The notes below the pieces were generated by a model. That model searched no databases. It saw only the letters and a program-made list of their open reading frames with translations, and had not been told where the DNA came from. Shown here piece by piece: positions 1 to 12,280 of a DNA stretch of 64,000 bases. Positions within the stretch are counted from its first letter, which is position 1. Each line of letters starts with the position of its first letter. Origin of the DNA: Podarcis tiliguerta (taxonomy: Eukaryota); NCBI GenBank assembly GCA_965153285.1, contig OZ229111.1. The stretch is one strand, 5' to 3'. Made by a program: the position numbers and the translations under genes.

Positions 1-3000
1 TTACTACACTGTATCAGCTGCCCTGAGAAAGTGTTTCCAAATTCCACATTACTTGGAAGTCAGTATGATTTTGCCAAATGGTTCTTACTCCCTACTGTGT
101 TTAGGATTCCAGTTTAAGTGTACTTAGGTATACATTATGGAAAAAGACCCCTCAGGGCTGAACTACATACAGCATGATGCTAGGTGCAACACTGATAATA
201 TGCCTGTCTGCTTGTTTTTAAAAAAGTGATGTTAGGTGCAGGTGGTGATGTCTGATTTTGTCAGGATTGCAGAAGTAGGAAGCAGATGTTCAGCCCTTTC
301 ATACCTCATTGAAGTACTGATGGAGATCATCCCTTTCCCATGGCTGTGTTGGCCCTGAAAAGAAAGCTCCCATTTTCTTCTTGGGATAGGTAACAGCTGG
401 GAGACTGTCAGAACTGCTACTGAGAAACAGTTGGGTTTCCTATCCTGACCATGTAATATGGGTGCCAATGATGCATTTGGTGCCATGACAAGCTTGGCTG
501 ATAGTCAACTTCCTGTGGTTAACCTGTGCAGCTACTTAATCTAGTACTTCTGCTATTGTTGAGTGGTGTTACTGTTTCAGGAGGATATTTTCAGCAACCT
601 TTAAGGTTCCACATGAGATTGAAGGTGCAGGATATTCGTGCTTTTCTATCTAAAGCTGTCAAGCACAAGGATGTTCTTTTAAAACTCATGACTGTCCTAG
701 GTGTATGCAAAAAGTCTTGTAATGGTAGCATGATTTGCTAAACTATGTTATCATTCACAAACTTAAGACAAAAGCCAGAAGCACTTTTATGTTAAAAACT
801 CAGCATGGAAAACCAGGCTTATAGTTGGAGCTCCAAACTGACTTGCTACCTCTTTCATTGTCTTGGTTTTTGGCTTCACAGATGTATGACAGAGATCACC
901 AACCAGGCATGTAAAATAAACACAGAATGGTTAAAATATCAGCTCCAAAACAGATGTTGAAGTCTTATTGCATTTCCTAAAGCCATTGTTTACTGCCTTG
1001 GCAACCCAAGAATGCTGTTTTGCTTAGAGCACAATTTTGGTAATTCTTCTGCCTTGAATAATATGAAGGAATTTTAAAATCATTTCCAGATTCTGGTAGC
1101 TGACTGACACATGAGGGGGAGGTTAAGAGTGGAGGTGGGGGGCGGCGGGAAGCACCAGCTTCTTGTCTCTCTAGGAAATAAATTAAATGTTTAAGTTTAT
1201 GTAAGACGTTATAGGGATTTTGAAGTCTAAGTTTAGCCATTAATGGCCTGTACTTAGAACTGTGTGTGGTTGTTTTCTTCTATCTTGGTATGGTAACAAA
1301 CCAGCTACTCTTAGCTAAAAAGATGCTAAAACAAATTACTCCTCCTTGGTCCAGATGAGGGAGATTAGAGCTGGAAAACAAGAGCAAATCCAGCTGCACC
1401 CATTTGCCTTTGGATAAACACGGCTGGCGGTTATGTAGCTGTAGTTGTTCCATGTTCAACCTGGAAAATGAGATGAAGTATAACTGAACCTTATCTTTGC
1501 CTACAGAATTAGGTTTCCATCATCTGAATATGCCCGTCAGCAAAAGCTGATCCAGCAAAAACAACACACTACCTGCCCACACTGAAGCAAGGAAGATATA
1601 GCAGTGATGGATGGAGAGATCGGTTAAGACCTCCAAATTATGTGGTTAGAAAAATCCAATTTCTGCTCTACTTTTAATACTGTAAGACGGAATGCAGCAA
1701 TTTGTCAAGATGCATTTTGCATAACTCAATAGGACTGAAGGTTTTGTGGTGGGAGAAAGGAAGAAATACTAGGGTACAAGAATAGATGGAAATCTAAAAT
1801 ATATCTGTTTCCACAACAGGACCCCCTTTCCATTTCTTCCTTCACCTTTGGGTTGGGGGATGCTCTGGAGCAGATATTTGGGGCACGCAGGGAGCTGCAT
1901 GGGAGAGGAGAGGAAGGGGGAAGCGAGTTCAAATGGGTCTTACTGCCAAAAGTGACCATACGATTGCAGTCTCAATCTCTTTAAACAGAATCTATATCCC
2001 TTGATCAAACCAAATGGAAACAGTCAAGTGAATTTTCAGCAAGTTTTGAGTACAAAGGTTCTCTCTCTCATAGACACATATGGAGATCAAGTGTAGGGGC
2101 AATGATGGAAAATACCTGTTTTGTGTTATTCTGTAGGGTGCCTTGTGATGTTTTGTAGGATGTGGTGCCACAAGTAAATTTTCCCCAGATGATCTAAATC
2201 TTCTTGCAGACAGGGAAGGAGTCTTTCAGGTAACCTGGCCCTGAGTTGTTCAGGGTTTTATATGTTAGTAACAAGACCTTGTACATGACTGGCTAGCTGC
2301 ACAGCAGCTGCTCCTTACGCACAGGTGTAAAATTATGTGTGCATCAAGGTGTTCCACTCAACCACCTGGGCACAGGATTCTCTAAAAGTCTCCAGACCAG
2401 TCTTAGGGGAAGTCCCACAAAGAACAAATTATAGGAGTCCATTTGTAAAGTTACCAATGCATGAATCATAGTGGCCAAGTTTAAAACATGTTTTATCTGT
2501 TACCACAACCACTTAGAATGGTTGATTGGGAAACATATGAATGAGAAAGTGAGAAACTTTATTTAAATCAACACCAGGTCCAATGGGTGGCTAAGAGCAG
2601 CAACATTCAGGAGGGTTCACAAGGAAGGGGTGAGCATGTGGTGAAGTGCAGAACAAGGCATAAATCTTCCGTAGAAGATGTTGACTGCAAGTTACTTTGC
2701 CATGCATGTTCCTTTGCATCTCTCCTTCTCCAGCATCTGCTACATCTTAGTCGTTATATATGCTAGTGGCAAACAAGCCGTTTGCAATATTCAAAGTCTT
2801 ACTTCTTCTATGGTACCCATATATCATGTTGGTGCCTCTGAATGTAGCAGTGGCTATGAAGACCAAAAACACAGTCAAAATAAAGGTTGTGAATTTGAAG
2901 CATAGAAGTTTGACCACAATCCAGTCAAGGCAAGTCTCGGCTGTTTCCAATGACCACTGTTTTGAAACCATGTCCAGGTGTAGCGAGGAAATGATGACGG

Positions 3001-3004
3001 CATT

Positions 3005-3600
3005 TAACAGTTATCATTTATACAGCACCATCAATATGCATAGTTCCCTATGGAGAATTAAAAAGACACAGCGCCCTGATCAGCTTATCATCTTAAGACT
3101 TGCCGTGGGGTGGATGGGAAGAATAGAAGGAGAGACATAAACTGGCAGTAAGGGTGAACATGGGCAGGATATGCCTTGAGCTTCATTACAAGTGCTTAGG
3201 CTTGGTTTCGGCAGAGGAAGAACAGTAAGTGTCTGTGTCAAAGTTCTTCAAGGAAACTGAATTTGGGGAAAGAGTCTGAAGGAAATAAGATGCAGCATCA
3301 AATGGTTTCTGGAGGCAGTTCTAGGCATTGAAGATGTGGGGGACGGACAAAGGATGGTGGAGATGGAAGAGTGAAGATTATGGGGATGGATATGCAGGCA
3401 GAATAATCAGGGGAGGCAGAGTAATGAAGGCAAGGACAAATGTTTGTGCTAGATCCAGGAATGGAGGAGGTAAGAAAGGGTGTCATGTGGTCTCAGTGAT
3501 GACAGAGGTGAATGATTTTGGTCAGAGGCAAGGGAGTAGGTGGGAATGTGATCGTAGAGATGCAAAGACTGTAGCAGTTAAGGTGGGAGATGACTGGAAG
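3005..3600 (-). mobile_element. Degenerate L2-like LINE 3' portion (inverted)
   Basis: Starts with an inverted L2-type tail (CATTTATACAGCACCATCAAT...CAGCTTATCATCT) followed by purine-rich sequence typical of antisense L2. Recognised from memory only; boundaries approximate. Confidence 0.45.
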
Positions 3601-3789
3601 TTCCAGCAAGGCTGCAAGACAGGAAAGGCCGTATTTTTGCAAGGCACTAAGGGAAGTTCACCAACTTGCTTGCAAGAGGATATTTTTAACACTTTTTTAA
3701 ACTCAACACAACTTTAAAAAGTTAATTTTAGCTCTCTAAACCTCAAACACTGCCTTTTCTTAAGCCAATGCAATTTTCCTGCTACTACT

Positions 3790-3821
3790 CTGGTGCCCCC
3801 TACTGGTTACTTCATAATGCA
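3790..3821 (-). promoter_or_regulatory. Candidate CTCF binding site
   Basis: Minus strand TGCATTATGAAGTAACCAGTAGGGGGCACCAG: the core CCAGTAGGGGGCAC fits CCASYAGRKGGCRS, with a TGCA upstream-module-like motif 15 nt 5' of the core. Confidence 0.6.
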
Positions 3822-6800
3822 TATTTGGGAGGTGAGGTGAACTGGAGCAGCTGTCCCATATGGGCCATTGAATATTCTTTATTTGGAAGATGAAAGCACT
3901 TGGAACTTAACACAGCTGTGTACAGTGTGTAGGTGACAATGAATTTACTGAGTGGGCTTCGACTTTGATTGCATCAGTCCCTCAGGTGTCCCAATAGCAG
4001 AATCACTATCGCTTTTGTGTCTGCAAAAGAAAGCGTGGGTGGGGGAGGCAAATAATCGACTGACTTTTGTCTTATTAAATTTAAAACAGCTGCCTACTAG
4101 CCCTGCCCATCTGCCTCCACATTTACTACATGGAGCAACGGGGCCCTCTGCCTTTGTGCGTCCTATGCTCACAGATCAATGATGACATACCTCTGTCTTT
4201 TGTACAAACTGAGTAAGAGGCTTCTTGGATCATCATTTTGAAGAGGAAGAGAAGTCTCAAGCCTCTGCTAAGGTCAATCAATGCCAGCCCACATCTCTAG
4301 GCCTCTATTTCTACAGCCAGGATAATGTGCTCCAGGCAAAAATTTGTCTTTTTCTCTAAAACTGCTCAGTTACACATTTTGCCAGCAGGCTGTTCAAAAC
4401 ATGATCCAGTTAATTAAAAAAACAAAACAAAAAACATTTGAAGGAAATAGGAACAAAGTTCAGTGTCACTTATTCTGAACAAAGTGAGGTCCTCTCTTTA
4501 CTGCTCTCCTTCGGGGCAGACAAGGGCTATACAAATGAGGAAAGGCTCTACACAATTGTCCTTTTCCTCTCTCTTCACTGTTTTGTTGCTAAACCCATCC
4601 ATCTGCCAAATGTCACTTGCTGATAAGAACTGCCCAGTTTAAAATCCCCCGGTTGTAAATAGATGTTGGCTGACATAATTAATGTCTAGCCCACAACCCA
4701 ATTTGAATTACAAAGTCAAGGCAATTTGAAAATCAGCCTCTGCGTGATTACCGTTGGTACATACACAGGCAGTCTATAAATTCCATAGCCCCAGGAATTA
4801 TTTAAATTTTCAGAAAATGAATGAAAATCAGGACAAGATGTCTTTCAGGAAAACAGAAGGTAAAAGTGGGGCATCTGAGATAAACTAAATAGTCTCTTGA
4901 GATAAACATTCTTGGGAGCAGTAATACCAATGGCTCCAGGCCACTGTGGGTCTCTAACGTCTGTTACATTTGGGAGGCTGTTATCTGCTCTGCCACCACC
5001 GCCTACCCAGAGTAAATCCCCTTAGCTGATAAAGCACATTATGGCAGAGATCCCCGCTTGTCACTTCAAGCAAACTGGGTGGCTCAGAATTGGATGTGCT
5101 TTCATGGCACCGGGTTGCTATGTTCTGCAGTCTCCTGAGTACACTTCAGATGCTGGGAGCTAGCCACCACTCCTGAAAGGATACCAGACCCTATTGCTTT
5201 CATAAGGAAATGTGGTAATGCCAAGACCTGAGTCCCAGGCTGTACAACACACAGTATGAAATTCCCCATTACAATATTTAAACTTCTTCTTCTTCTTTAA
5301 AAAAGGGCATATTATTAATATTCCTCTTTTTGGCCGTGTTACTAAACACAAGCCATGATCTCCTGCCAGCAAGAGAGAAGTTTGATCTGAGTCTTACTGC
5401 TTCTGTAAAAATGAGACTGCTTTGTTCTTTTGGCATTTTCCACCAGCCTCCCATTTCCTGTCATGATAATGTTGTTCCTCCTTGAAACAGGGGAAAAAAA
5501 GAAACTGGAGATGGGGTTCCCTTTCGGGGAGGGAAATTCTCTGTACCCGCCTTGGCAAGTGCATGCGTTCGCCTTGCTGAGAGATGCTGGTCCCAGCCCA
5601 TGAACCTGATTAAATTTAACACTTGTGCAATTTCTGCTACCACAGTTGATGATAAAATTGACTCTGAGCATTGTTAGTTTAAACCTGGCCAATTTTAGCC
5701 AACCAATGCTCACAGAGAAAGGTTCATATTTTGATCCTGAACTGTTCCCTAGGAAAAAGTTATATGATGTGGCAAGCGCTCGAGACTGGAACTGATCAAG
5801 TAAACATACAGTCTGCTTGAGCAACAGCGGCAGCATTGGCTAGATGCCCTCTCCTCCCCACCTCCCTGGAGAAGCAGGAGACAGTTTTGATAGTAAAAGG
5901 AAGGAAGGATGAAGAAGTGATTCACCTTGCATGACTGGCTTTAGCATAATAGCCAGAAAAGACTGCTTGCTTGAGAAGAAGCTCCCCAATAAAAAGTAAA
6001 ACATAGCAAGCACTATGGGCAGCCTTAAAATTTCTTTCTCCCTGGCTTTATGTTCCTTATCGCTGCTCAGTAAGTTAGACTCTTTCCCCTTCTTTTTAAC
6101 AAGGTGCAAATGTATTCCCACGCTTCTACCTAAAGCCAAGTTGCTTCAGCTAGTTAATTAGGAAACATTAATGGGTTCCAGAGATGTGGCTTACATGATT
6201 TGGAAGCAGATAGCATACTCTGCAAGTCCATCCCAAAAACCATTCCTAACATCTATATGAAACTATCAACCAACTGCAGGCATGAGCCTTTAATCAAAGA
6301 AATAGTTTCTGTGCATGGTTACCTCCCCCCACCCTCCTGCAAATAAGCCTATGGTTGAGCGTTTTGAGTGGGAAGGGGCAGAGAAGATCCAATGCTTAGT
6401 TATTATGAGAGAACATGGGCTATAATGCTTCTTCTGAGATTGGCCACTATTACCTATTCTAGTGCTTCCCCCCGGGAGGTACTCAAGGGTATGAAGTACA
6501 GGGACCTCTCCCTCCTCCCAAATATTAAAAGTGTGGCACTTACTGTAACAACTTCATGAGCACTGCCAATTACTACTCAGAGTTATGTATATAAATAACA
6601 TGTATAATTGGCCTAGATTCAACTAACAAGTCCCGCTTGCGGAAGCCAACATTTGGTGCTAGTTTCTGACACTTGGAGAGACAGATAGGGTTGGGCATTT
6701 TCCATATCAAGAAACAAAATAAAATTCAGATTCTGTATTAGGGAATAATCCAAACTCCATGGTCAGAGTTATATCTGTATATTACCAACACAGCATGTAT

Positions 6801-9018
6801 TTGCTTAGCAAGGTATCTGTACCTTTTAACAGTGAGATTTTCAAGGAATTTGGGTTTGGTTTTAGTGAGATGGAGAACAGAGGGGAAGACAGAGAGGCAG
6901 CAGAAGCCACAGGACTTGTAATTGCAGCCAGAAGCACAGTGCAGATAAGTGAACATGACAACTGTACAGCAGAAGCCCTGCTTTGGTTGCTGAACATTCA
7001 CTAGTCATGTCATAGAGGACACACAGCTTCTAATATGAGTTAATCATTTGAATTAAACTTCTTTGTCTCCTTCACTGCAGAAGGGCTAGAGTTAGGATCT
7101 TTTTGCATTTTCATCTTGATTTTCTCTACCATGTTCCCCTGTTTCATAACTGAATCTGTTCACATTGTCTCTCCTTTCTACTACTCTGATCACTTGTGCC
7201 TAGAACAACAAATGCTTTGTAATGCTAAAAAGAATACAACATGCCCCCCAAAAGGCTGGTCACCTCAGAAAGTTTCATTAAGACTTGACGCTGCATTTTC
7301 AGGTCTCTGTAGCCTTTGCTTCAAAAGCAGCAGCATCAATGAAGGGAGCAGGCCCACTGAGCTAACACAACGTTTCTCTGATCTTGTTGCATGAATCTGA
7401 GATCCTATCATGACACACACTGCAAAGAGAATCACAAGAGCACTGCAAAACTGAAGGTTATGTTTGATCTTCAAACTAGGAGGAGTCACATAATCCTGGT
7501 TGACTTTTGGCTGACTCGGTGATGAATAGTTCCTGTAGAAACACAGAGCATGTGAGCACAGAAGAGGGAGAGAAGGATAAAGGCTTGCATTTACATATGC
7601 CTGAGGGCCAAACTACACACAACACTAAATGCATCACTTGGAAGCATGGCAATTTTTTTTTTAAAAAAAATAGTAATAGGTGGAGGGCAGAGACCTGCAG
7701 CTTTTATCCTTCCATCCCAAGTTGTGATCTCAACAAAGTTTGTCCATTTGCAGTGTTATTAGTATGAGGGTGAGTACTAGCTCACTTTTGGACTAATGGA
7801 AAGCTCGAAAGCAGGACAATTGTTCCCTAGCAACTGCTATTTGGGGGCCACTAAGATTAACTTAGCAGCTCTCTTTAATCATTATCCTTTCACATGATTA
7901 CAACTAAGAGAGAGAAGAGCAGGGCTGCACTCTGTGGCCCTGCCCTGTGTCCTAAAGATCTGAGGGCTCCTTGAGTGGTTTAGAATCCTGTGCCTACATG
8001 CACAGAACCAGGCTCCCCATATTTCAGACCTTTAAGCAATAGTGTTCAGCAGCTGAATAGGGATAGGGGTTAGGAGAATTAGGGATGTTTTGCCCCGGTG
8101 TAAGTCACTTCATGCTGACTAAACTGCGCTTGTCATTTTATTGCCAGTTCACCCAGTTAAGAAAGATCATTTTGGAACTCCTGGAACTCTTTGTTTTTAC
8201 CACTTGGCCACCTCACTGCTCAGCTCTAATGCAAGTTTAATTATGAGCAAGTTAAAAAGTACTGGTTCTAATAGAGCACACTTTTCTCATCCCTCCACTG
8301 TGAGAACAGTCAATTTATTCCTACTCTCTGCCACTGTTTTGATCCTAAGTGCTAGTAGCCAGGTTCCTTTTTGGTTCAAGCGGAACCTGTCCCTTTTGTA
8401 TACGCTTGGCTTATTATTACAAAACCTTCTCCAGTGCCTAAGAAGTCAAAAGCTGTCCTTTGACACTGCAATCTTAGGCATGCATTGAAACGCCTCAGCT
8501 TTGCCTGTCTACCTGGCACTGCAAATGGGACAGGTAGAATTCTGGAGGAAGCAATTCTGAATTTCAGCTTCTTGCTTACTCACCTAAAGTTTGCTTCCAA
8601 TACTGCACAACTACAGTTCCCCATTTCACTGGTGCTGATGTGCACCATGACTGTCATCTTTACTCTGACGGTATCTACCAGTCTAACTAGATGAAACGTG
8701 ACTTTCACAACCTTTGCACCAGGTAGGCAAGTCATTATGCAGTCTACACACCCCTGTTGGCCTATGACTGAACTGAATGGGTCCTGAACCTAAGGCAGTC
8801 TTGGGTTTTTTTACTGCAAAATGCCAAGTCAGTGGAAGAGAGAGTCATGCAGTATACAGAGAAATATGCAGATCCTAGATAATGCGAATGATACTAGTGG
8901 GAATTGGTTAAAAATACATCTCTCTATTGGGAATGAAGTCATTCAATTGGCCCCAAGAGGAAGACACTCAATACTCTTCCTCCTCATGGTCCCATTTCCC
9001 CCCCAGAGTAATTCTCAC

Positions 9019-9251
9019 CTGCATCCAGACTGCCAGTTGCTGCTGTCCAACCCATAATTGGGGGAATAGCACCAACCACAGCTCCTACCCATGTATTGAC
9101 AATGCTAATTCTTTTCAGCGGTGTGTAACAGCATGTGTACAGGATGATGTTGAAGGCTCCCAGGGCTGCAGTAAGAGGATTTACTCCGAAGGTGAGCAGA
9201 GCTATTCCTGGAACAGCACAGGAGGCAGCAAAAGACACAGCAAGCAAAGGG
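9019..9251 (-). CDS. COX10: COX10 internal coding exon (233 nt, equivalent to human exon 6); heme O synthase, UbiA prenyltransferase family
   Basis: Minus-strand translation (S)[77 protein letters not shown](G) is recognisable COX10 (YTPLKR and GAIPP motifs). Acceptor TTCTTACAG|C has its AG at 9252-9253; donor GCAG|GTGAGA has its GT at 9017-9018. Length 1+77x3+1=233, phase-compatible with the 71-nt exon. Confidence 0.97.
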
Positions 9252-9303
9252 CTGTAAGAAAAAGAGAAACAAACAAACAAGAAAATGTAAAAATATGTTA
9301 GTG
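9252..9303 (-). promoter_or_regulatory. Branch point and polypyrimidine tract of the exon-6 acceptor
   Basis: Minus strand CACTAAC at 9303-9297 (branch A at 9298, 47 nt before the exon), followed by a T/C-rich tract with no intervening AG before TACAG. Confidence 0.75.
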
Positions 9304-10654
9304 AAAGGATCTGAGGGCAGATTTTTATTACTGTTATCTTTTTATCCAATGCTTTCCTGATAATTCTTTTTTCTTAAGCAATCTTAAATCGGGCAACAGT
9401 GATAACCACAGAATAAATGTACATTTAGCAAACACCTACTAGAGCATAACTTCTTCAGTGGTGTACAGAGAACAATCAGCAAATTTGACCAGCAGGCAAA
9501 ACAGGTCTGGTGCAGTCCAATGCAGACTGGTCTCGACTTAGCTTTTGTCTTCTCCCTCCTGCCAGTGGGCGTTGAGGGGATTTGAGGAAGCTATATAGGC
9601 AGCAGAGCTTCCCTTCCTGGGAATTTAGGCAGGTGTGTATGCAAGTTGCCATTAGGCATGTTAAAGCTAAACATTCACCTAGAGACAGACACACACAACT
9701 ATTACATTGTTTATAGCACAGTGCAAGAAACATGCCTACATATTATCCAAGCTTTAATTGCACAATGTAATACTTTCAACAGAAATTTGTGTTCAAAATT
9801 TATTGCCCTGATTTAGCAGAATTTATCGGAATCCTAGAAGCTTAAACTATGGGTTTCACTAAAGTTCCAGATCTGGCTACGTCAACTCTTGACAGTGGGG
9901 AAGAAACTATTTTTAATAAAGCATCTAAATGTTTGGTGTAGATTTTTATAGCCCCACACAGACCAGTCACCTCATAGTGTTTTATACACAATTGCAAAAT
10001 AAGCCTAAGCATGGATGTGCATGCATCGTGTTAGAATGCTGAGAAGGAATAAATGTCTGCCTTCAATTTAACTTTTAATTAAATGGACCAGGCCAACAAT
10101 TTGATAAGCTGGAACATGATTTTACCAGCTTTACAAACCCAATTGTGGATTTTGCCGATTTAATTTAGTGGAATGCAATGTTTATCAGATTTTTCTCACA
10201 AGCTTCTGAGCCAAGAAAAAATGTTCTTTTGAATACATGCAGCTTTCAGTGAACCCATTCAAGCACTGATCTTGTAACACTTGGACCTATATTTACACAG
10301 CAACATTAGTTAAGAAGTGACAGAGTTTTGTCATGTGAATCTAGCACCCTGGAAATGGAGGCAAGCTCATCACTTGATCACTTGGCTCAAGTATCTGTGT
10401 AAAGATAGCTGAATGGACTGATGATGAAGTTCAGAGGGAAGGGAAGAGAAAAAGACAGGAATTTTGTTACCACTTCAGATGAGCTATAAAGGATGCTGTA
10501 CTTTGAACATTGTTGAAACGGAAAATAGCAAAAACAGGACACTGAAACATTTTTTAAAAGCATGTTCCTTAATTGTTCAGTGACATTTCTGAAACATTTT
10601 TTTTGAAGCAGATGATAACAGTAAGTTCCCCCCTTTTCAATTTTCATGGATTAA

Positions 10655-10775
10655 TGTGATCTAGAGTTAGGAGTGAGTAGCCATGTCTGGTGATACCAAA
10701 TTGTTCACGGTGCTTAAAACAAAAAGGGATTGTGATGAGCTCCAAAAGAATCTCTCCAAACTAAGCGAACATGAA
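10655..10775 (+). mobile_element. Old CR1 RT fragment (different subfamily)
   Basis: DLELGVS..[deletion]..DTKLFTVLKTKRDCDELQKNLSKLSE is the segment around the FADDTKL motif of CR1 RT. Confidence 0.75.
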
Positions 10776-11527
10776 AACATTAAAATCCAAATGGAAAATC
10801 TTGTCTTGTGAATGCAGAACTTGCTTTAAAAAATATGAATTATATTTTTTATATCTATTTACGCTCTGGACATGCCTTTCTTAGGTTTCATGTGGCATAA
10901 AAATAAGTCGTGTCAACTCTTTGAGGAGCTGGCAGAACACTCTGTGAAAGCCAATATTATATGGCTTGAGAGATTTTTATGGAAAAACACAACTACTTGC
11001 CTGTAATAGGGCTGGCTGTTATTTACCAATTTTCCATATTACTAAATTGACCCCAGAAGCCGTAATGTGCAAATATCCTTTGCTATTGCAATAGGTGATG
11101 TACAGCTAAAGGCCTAATATTGAAAGCCATGTTCATGCTAGGGAGATGTAAAACTTGAAGCACTTTCTACATGGACTAGATGTTTGCATCTGGAATTTGG
11201 AAAGGCTTCTTTCATCCAGGAAACAATATTCTGCAGTATTGACTCTGCAATATTTAATTCCAGAAGGGGAGACTTTTTTCACAATGTGCAACAGAAAAAC
11301 AGGGGCACGTTTCCCCCACCCGCCCTTGGAAATTCAATGCAGTCACACTCTGAAGAGTACCTGTGTGACAGTGACAGACCCCATGAGAGACAATATGTTC
11401 CATTTCCCTTAGTGTAACATCTGCTCTGTTGACAAGTCATAAGCAGATTTTTTTTCCTGTTTGCAGACATAGCCTGGGACCTGATGATCCAGCTGGTGTG
11501 TTTTATCCATTTCTAAAATCATCAGGG

Positions 11528-11558
<31 letters not shown>
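11528..11558. repeat. (GT)n/(GTAT)n microsatellite
   Basis: Read directly. Confidence 0.9.
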
Positions 11559-12059
11559 GGTGTAATCGGGAGTTAGAAGAGAACTTTGATGAGGTATGAA
11601 CAGGATATACGTGGTGTGCTTGATGTACCACCCTGTAAGGCAAAAGGCTGTCAAAGCCAGCTCATATTCACAAAACAAATAAATTCCATGAAAATTTGCA
11701 CAGCTGCCTTGTCTTTGGCAGTGCTCTGAACCACCACCTCAAGAGTGCCCAAGGGCACACAACCAGCTTCTGCTGAAGACAGAGAATATTGTTACTTTAC
11801 AGAACAGGTTATTTCACTTGCTTTTCACAGTTACCAAGCCAGGGCCCTTCATAAGCTACATGAAGATGTGCAGCAGATGCCACCCTACATTTTTTTAACT
11901 GCACTTCAAGAAAGGAAGCACAGAGAAACAGCTGCACATTTTAGAACACAGAACATACCCAAAGCCATAGCAGTATCCAGTGTGTCTACCTTGGGAGCTG
12001 CTTTCTGCTGCCTGCATAGTGGTCAACAAAGAGGCACTATTCCAGAAATCAAATTATGA

Positions 12060-12280
12060 ACATATGCCACTGGTCTATTCGGGCTGGCAGTGGATCTTTG
12101 AGGTCTCGGGCAAAGGTCTTTCCCAGCCCTGCTCATTCAGCTCCTATTAAACACAATATACCAAGAACTGAATGTGGAAAATGATGCATGGGAGGCATAA
12201 TAGGAACCTGCTGAAGGATAGGGTACAAAAATAAAATGGTAATAAAATGGAATTCGCTCCTCCACCGAGCTATGGGAACC
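12060..12280 (-). mobile_element. Degenerate Squam3-like SINE
   Basis: CTGGCAGTGG...AAAGGTCTTTCCCAGCCCTGC...CTCCACCGAGCTATGG resembles the inverted copy at 24560; interrupted. Confidence 0.4.

Noticed and set aside
1780-1970. GC-richer block as a promoter or exon
   Set aside because: Shares a GCTCTGGAG/GAGCAGAT core with blocks near 27850 and 46910, so it is most likely a decayed dispersed repeat; family not determined.
1-9018. Final COX10 exon (WQFPHFNAL... region)
   Set aside because: No such peptide in the ORF track or by eye; it presumably lies left of position 1.
8821-9301. Plus-strand ORFs (78 and 124 aa) overlapping the exon
   Set aside because: Antisense shadows of the COX10 exon with no recognisable protein features.
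8984-9349. 121-aa ORF as a stand-alone gene or extended COX10 exon
   Set aside because: Only 9019-9251 is COX10-like. The extensions run through the branch point, the pyrimidine tract and the donor site, and are chance read-through.
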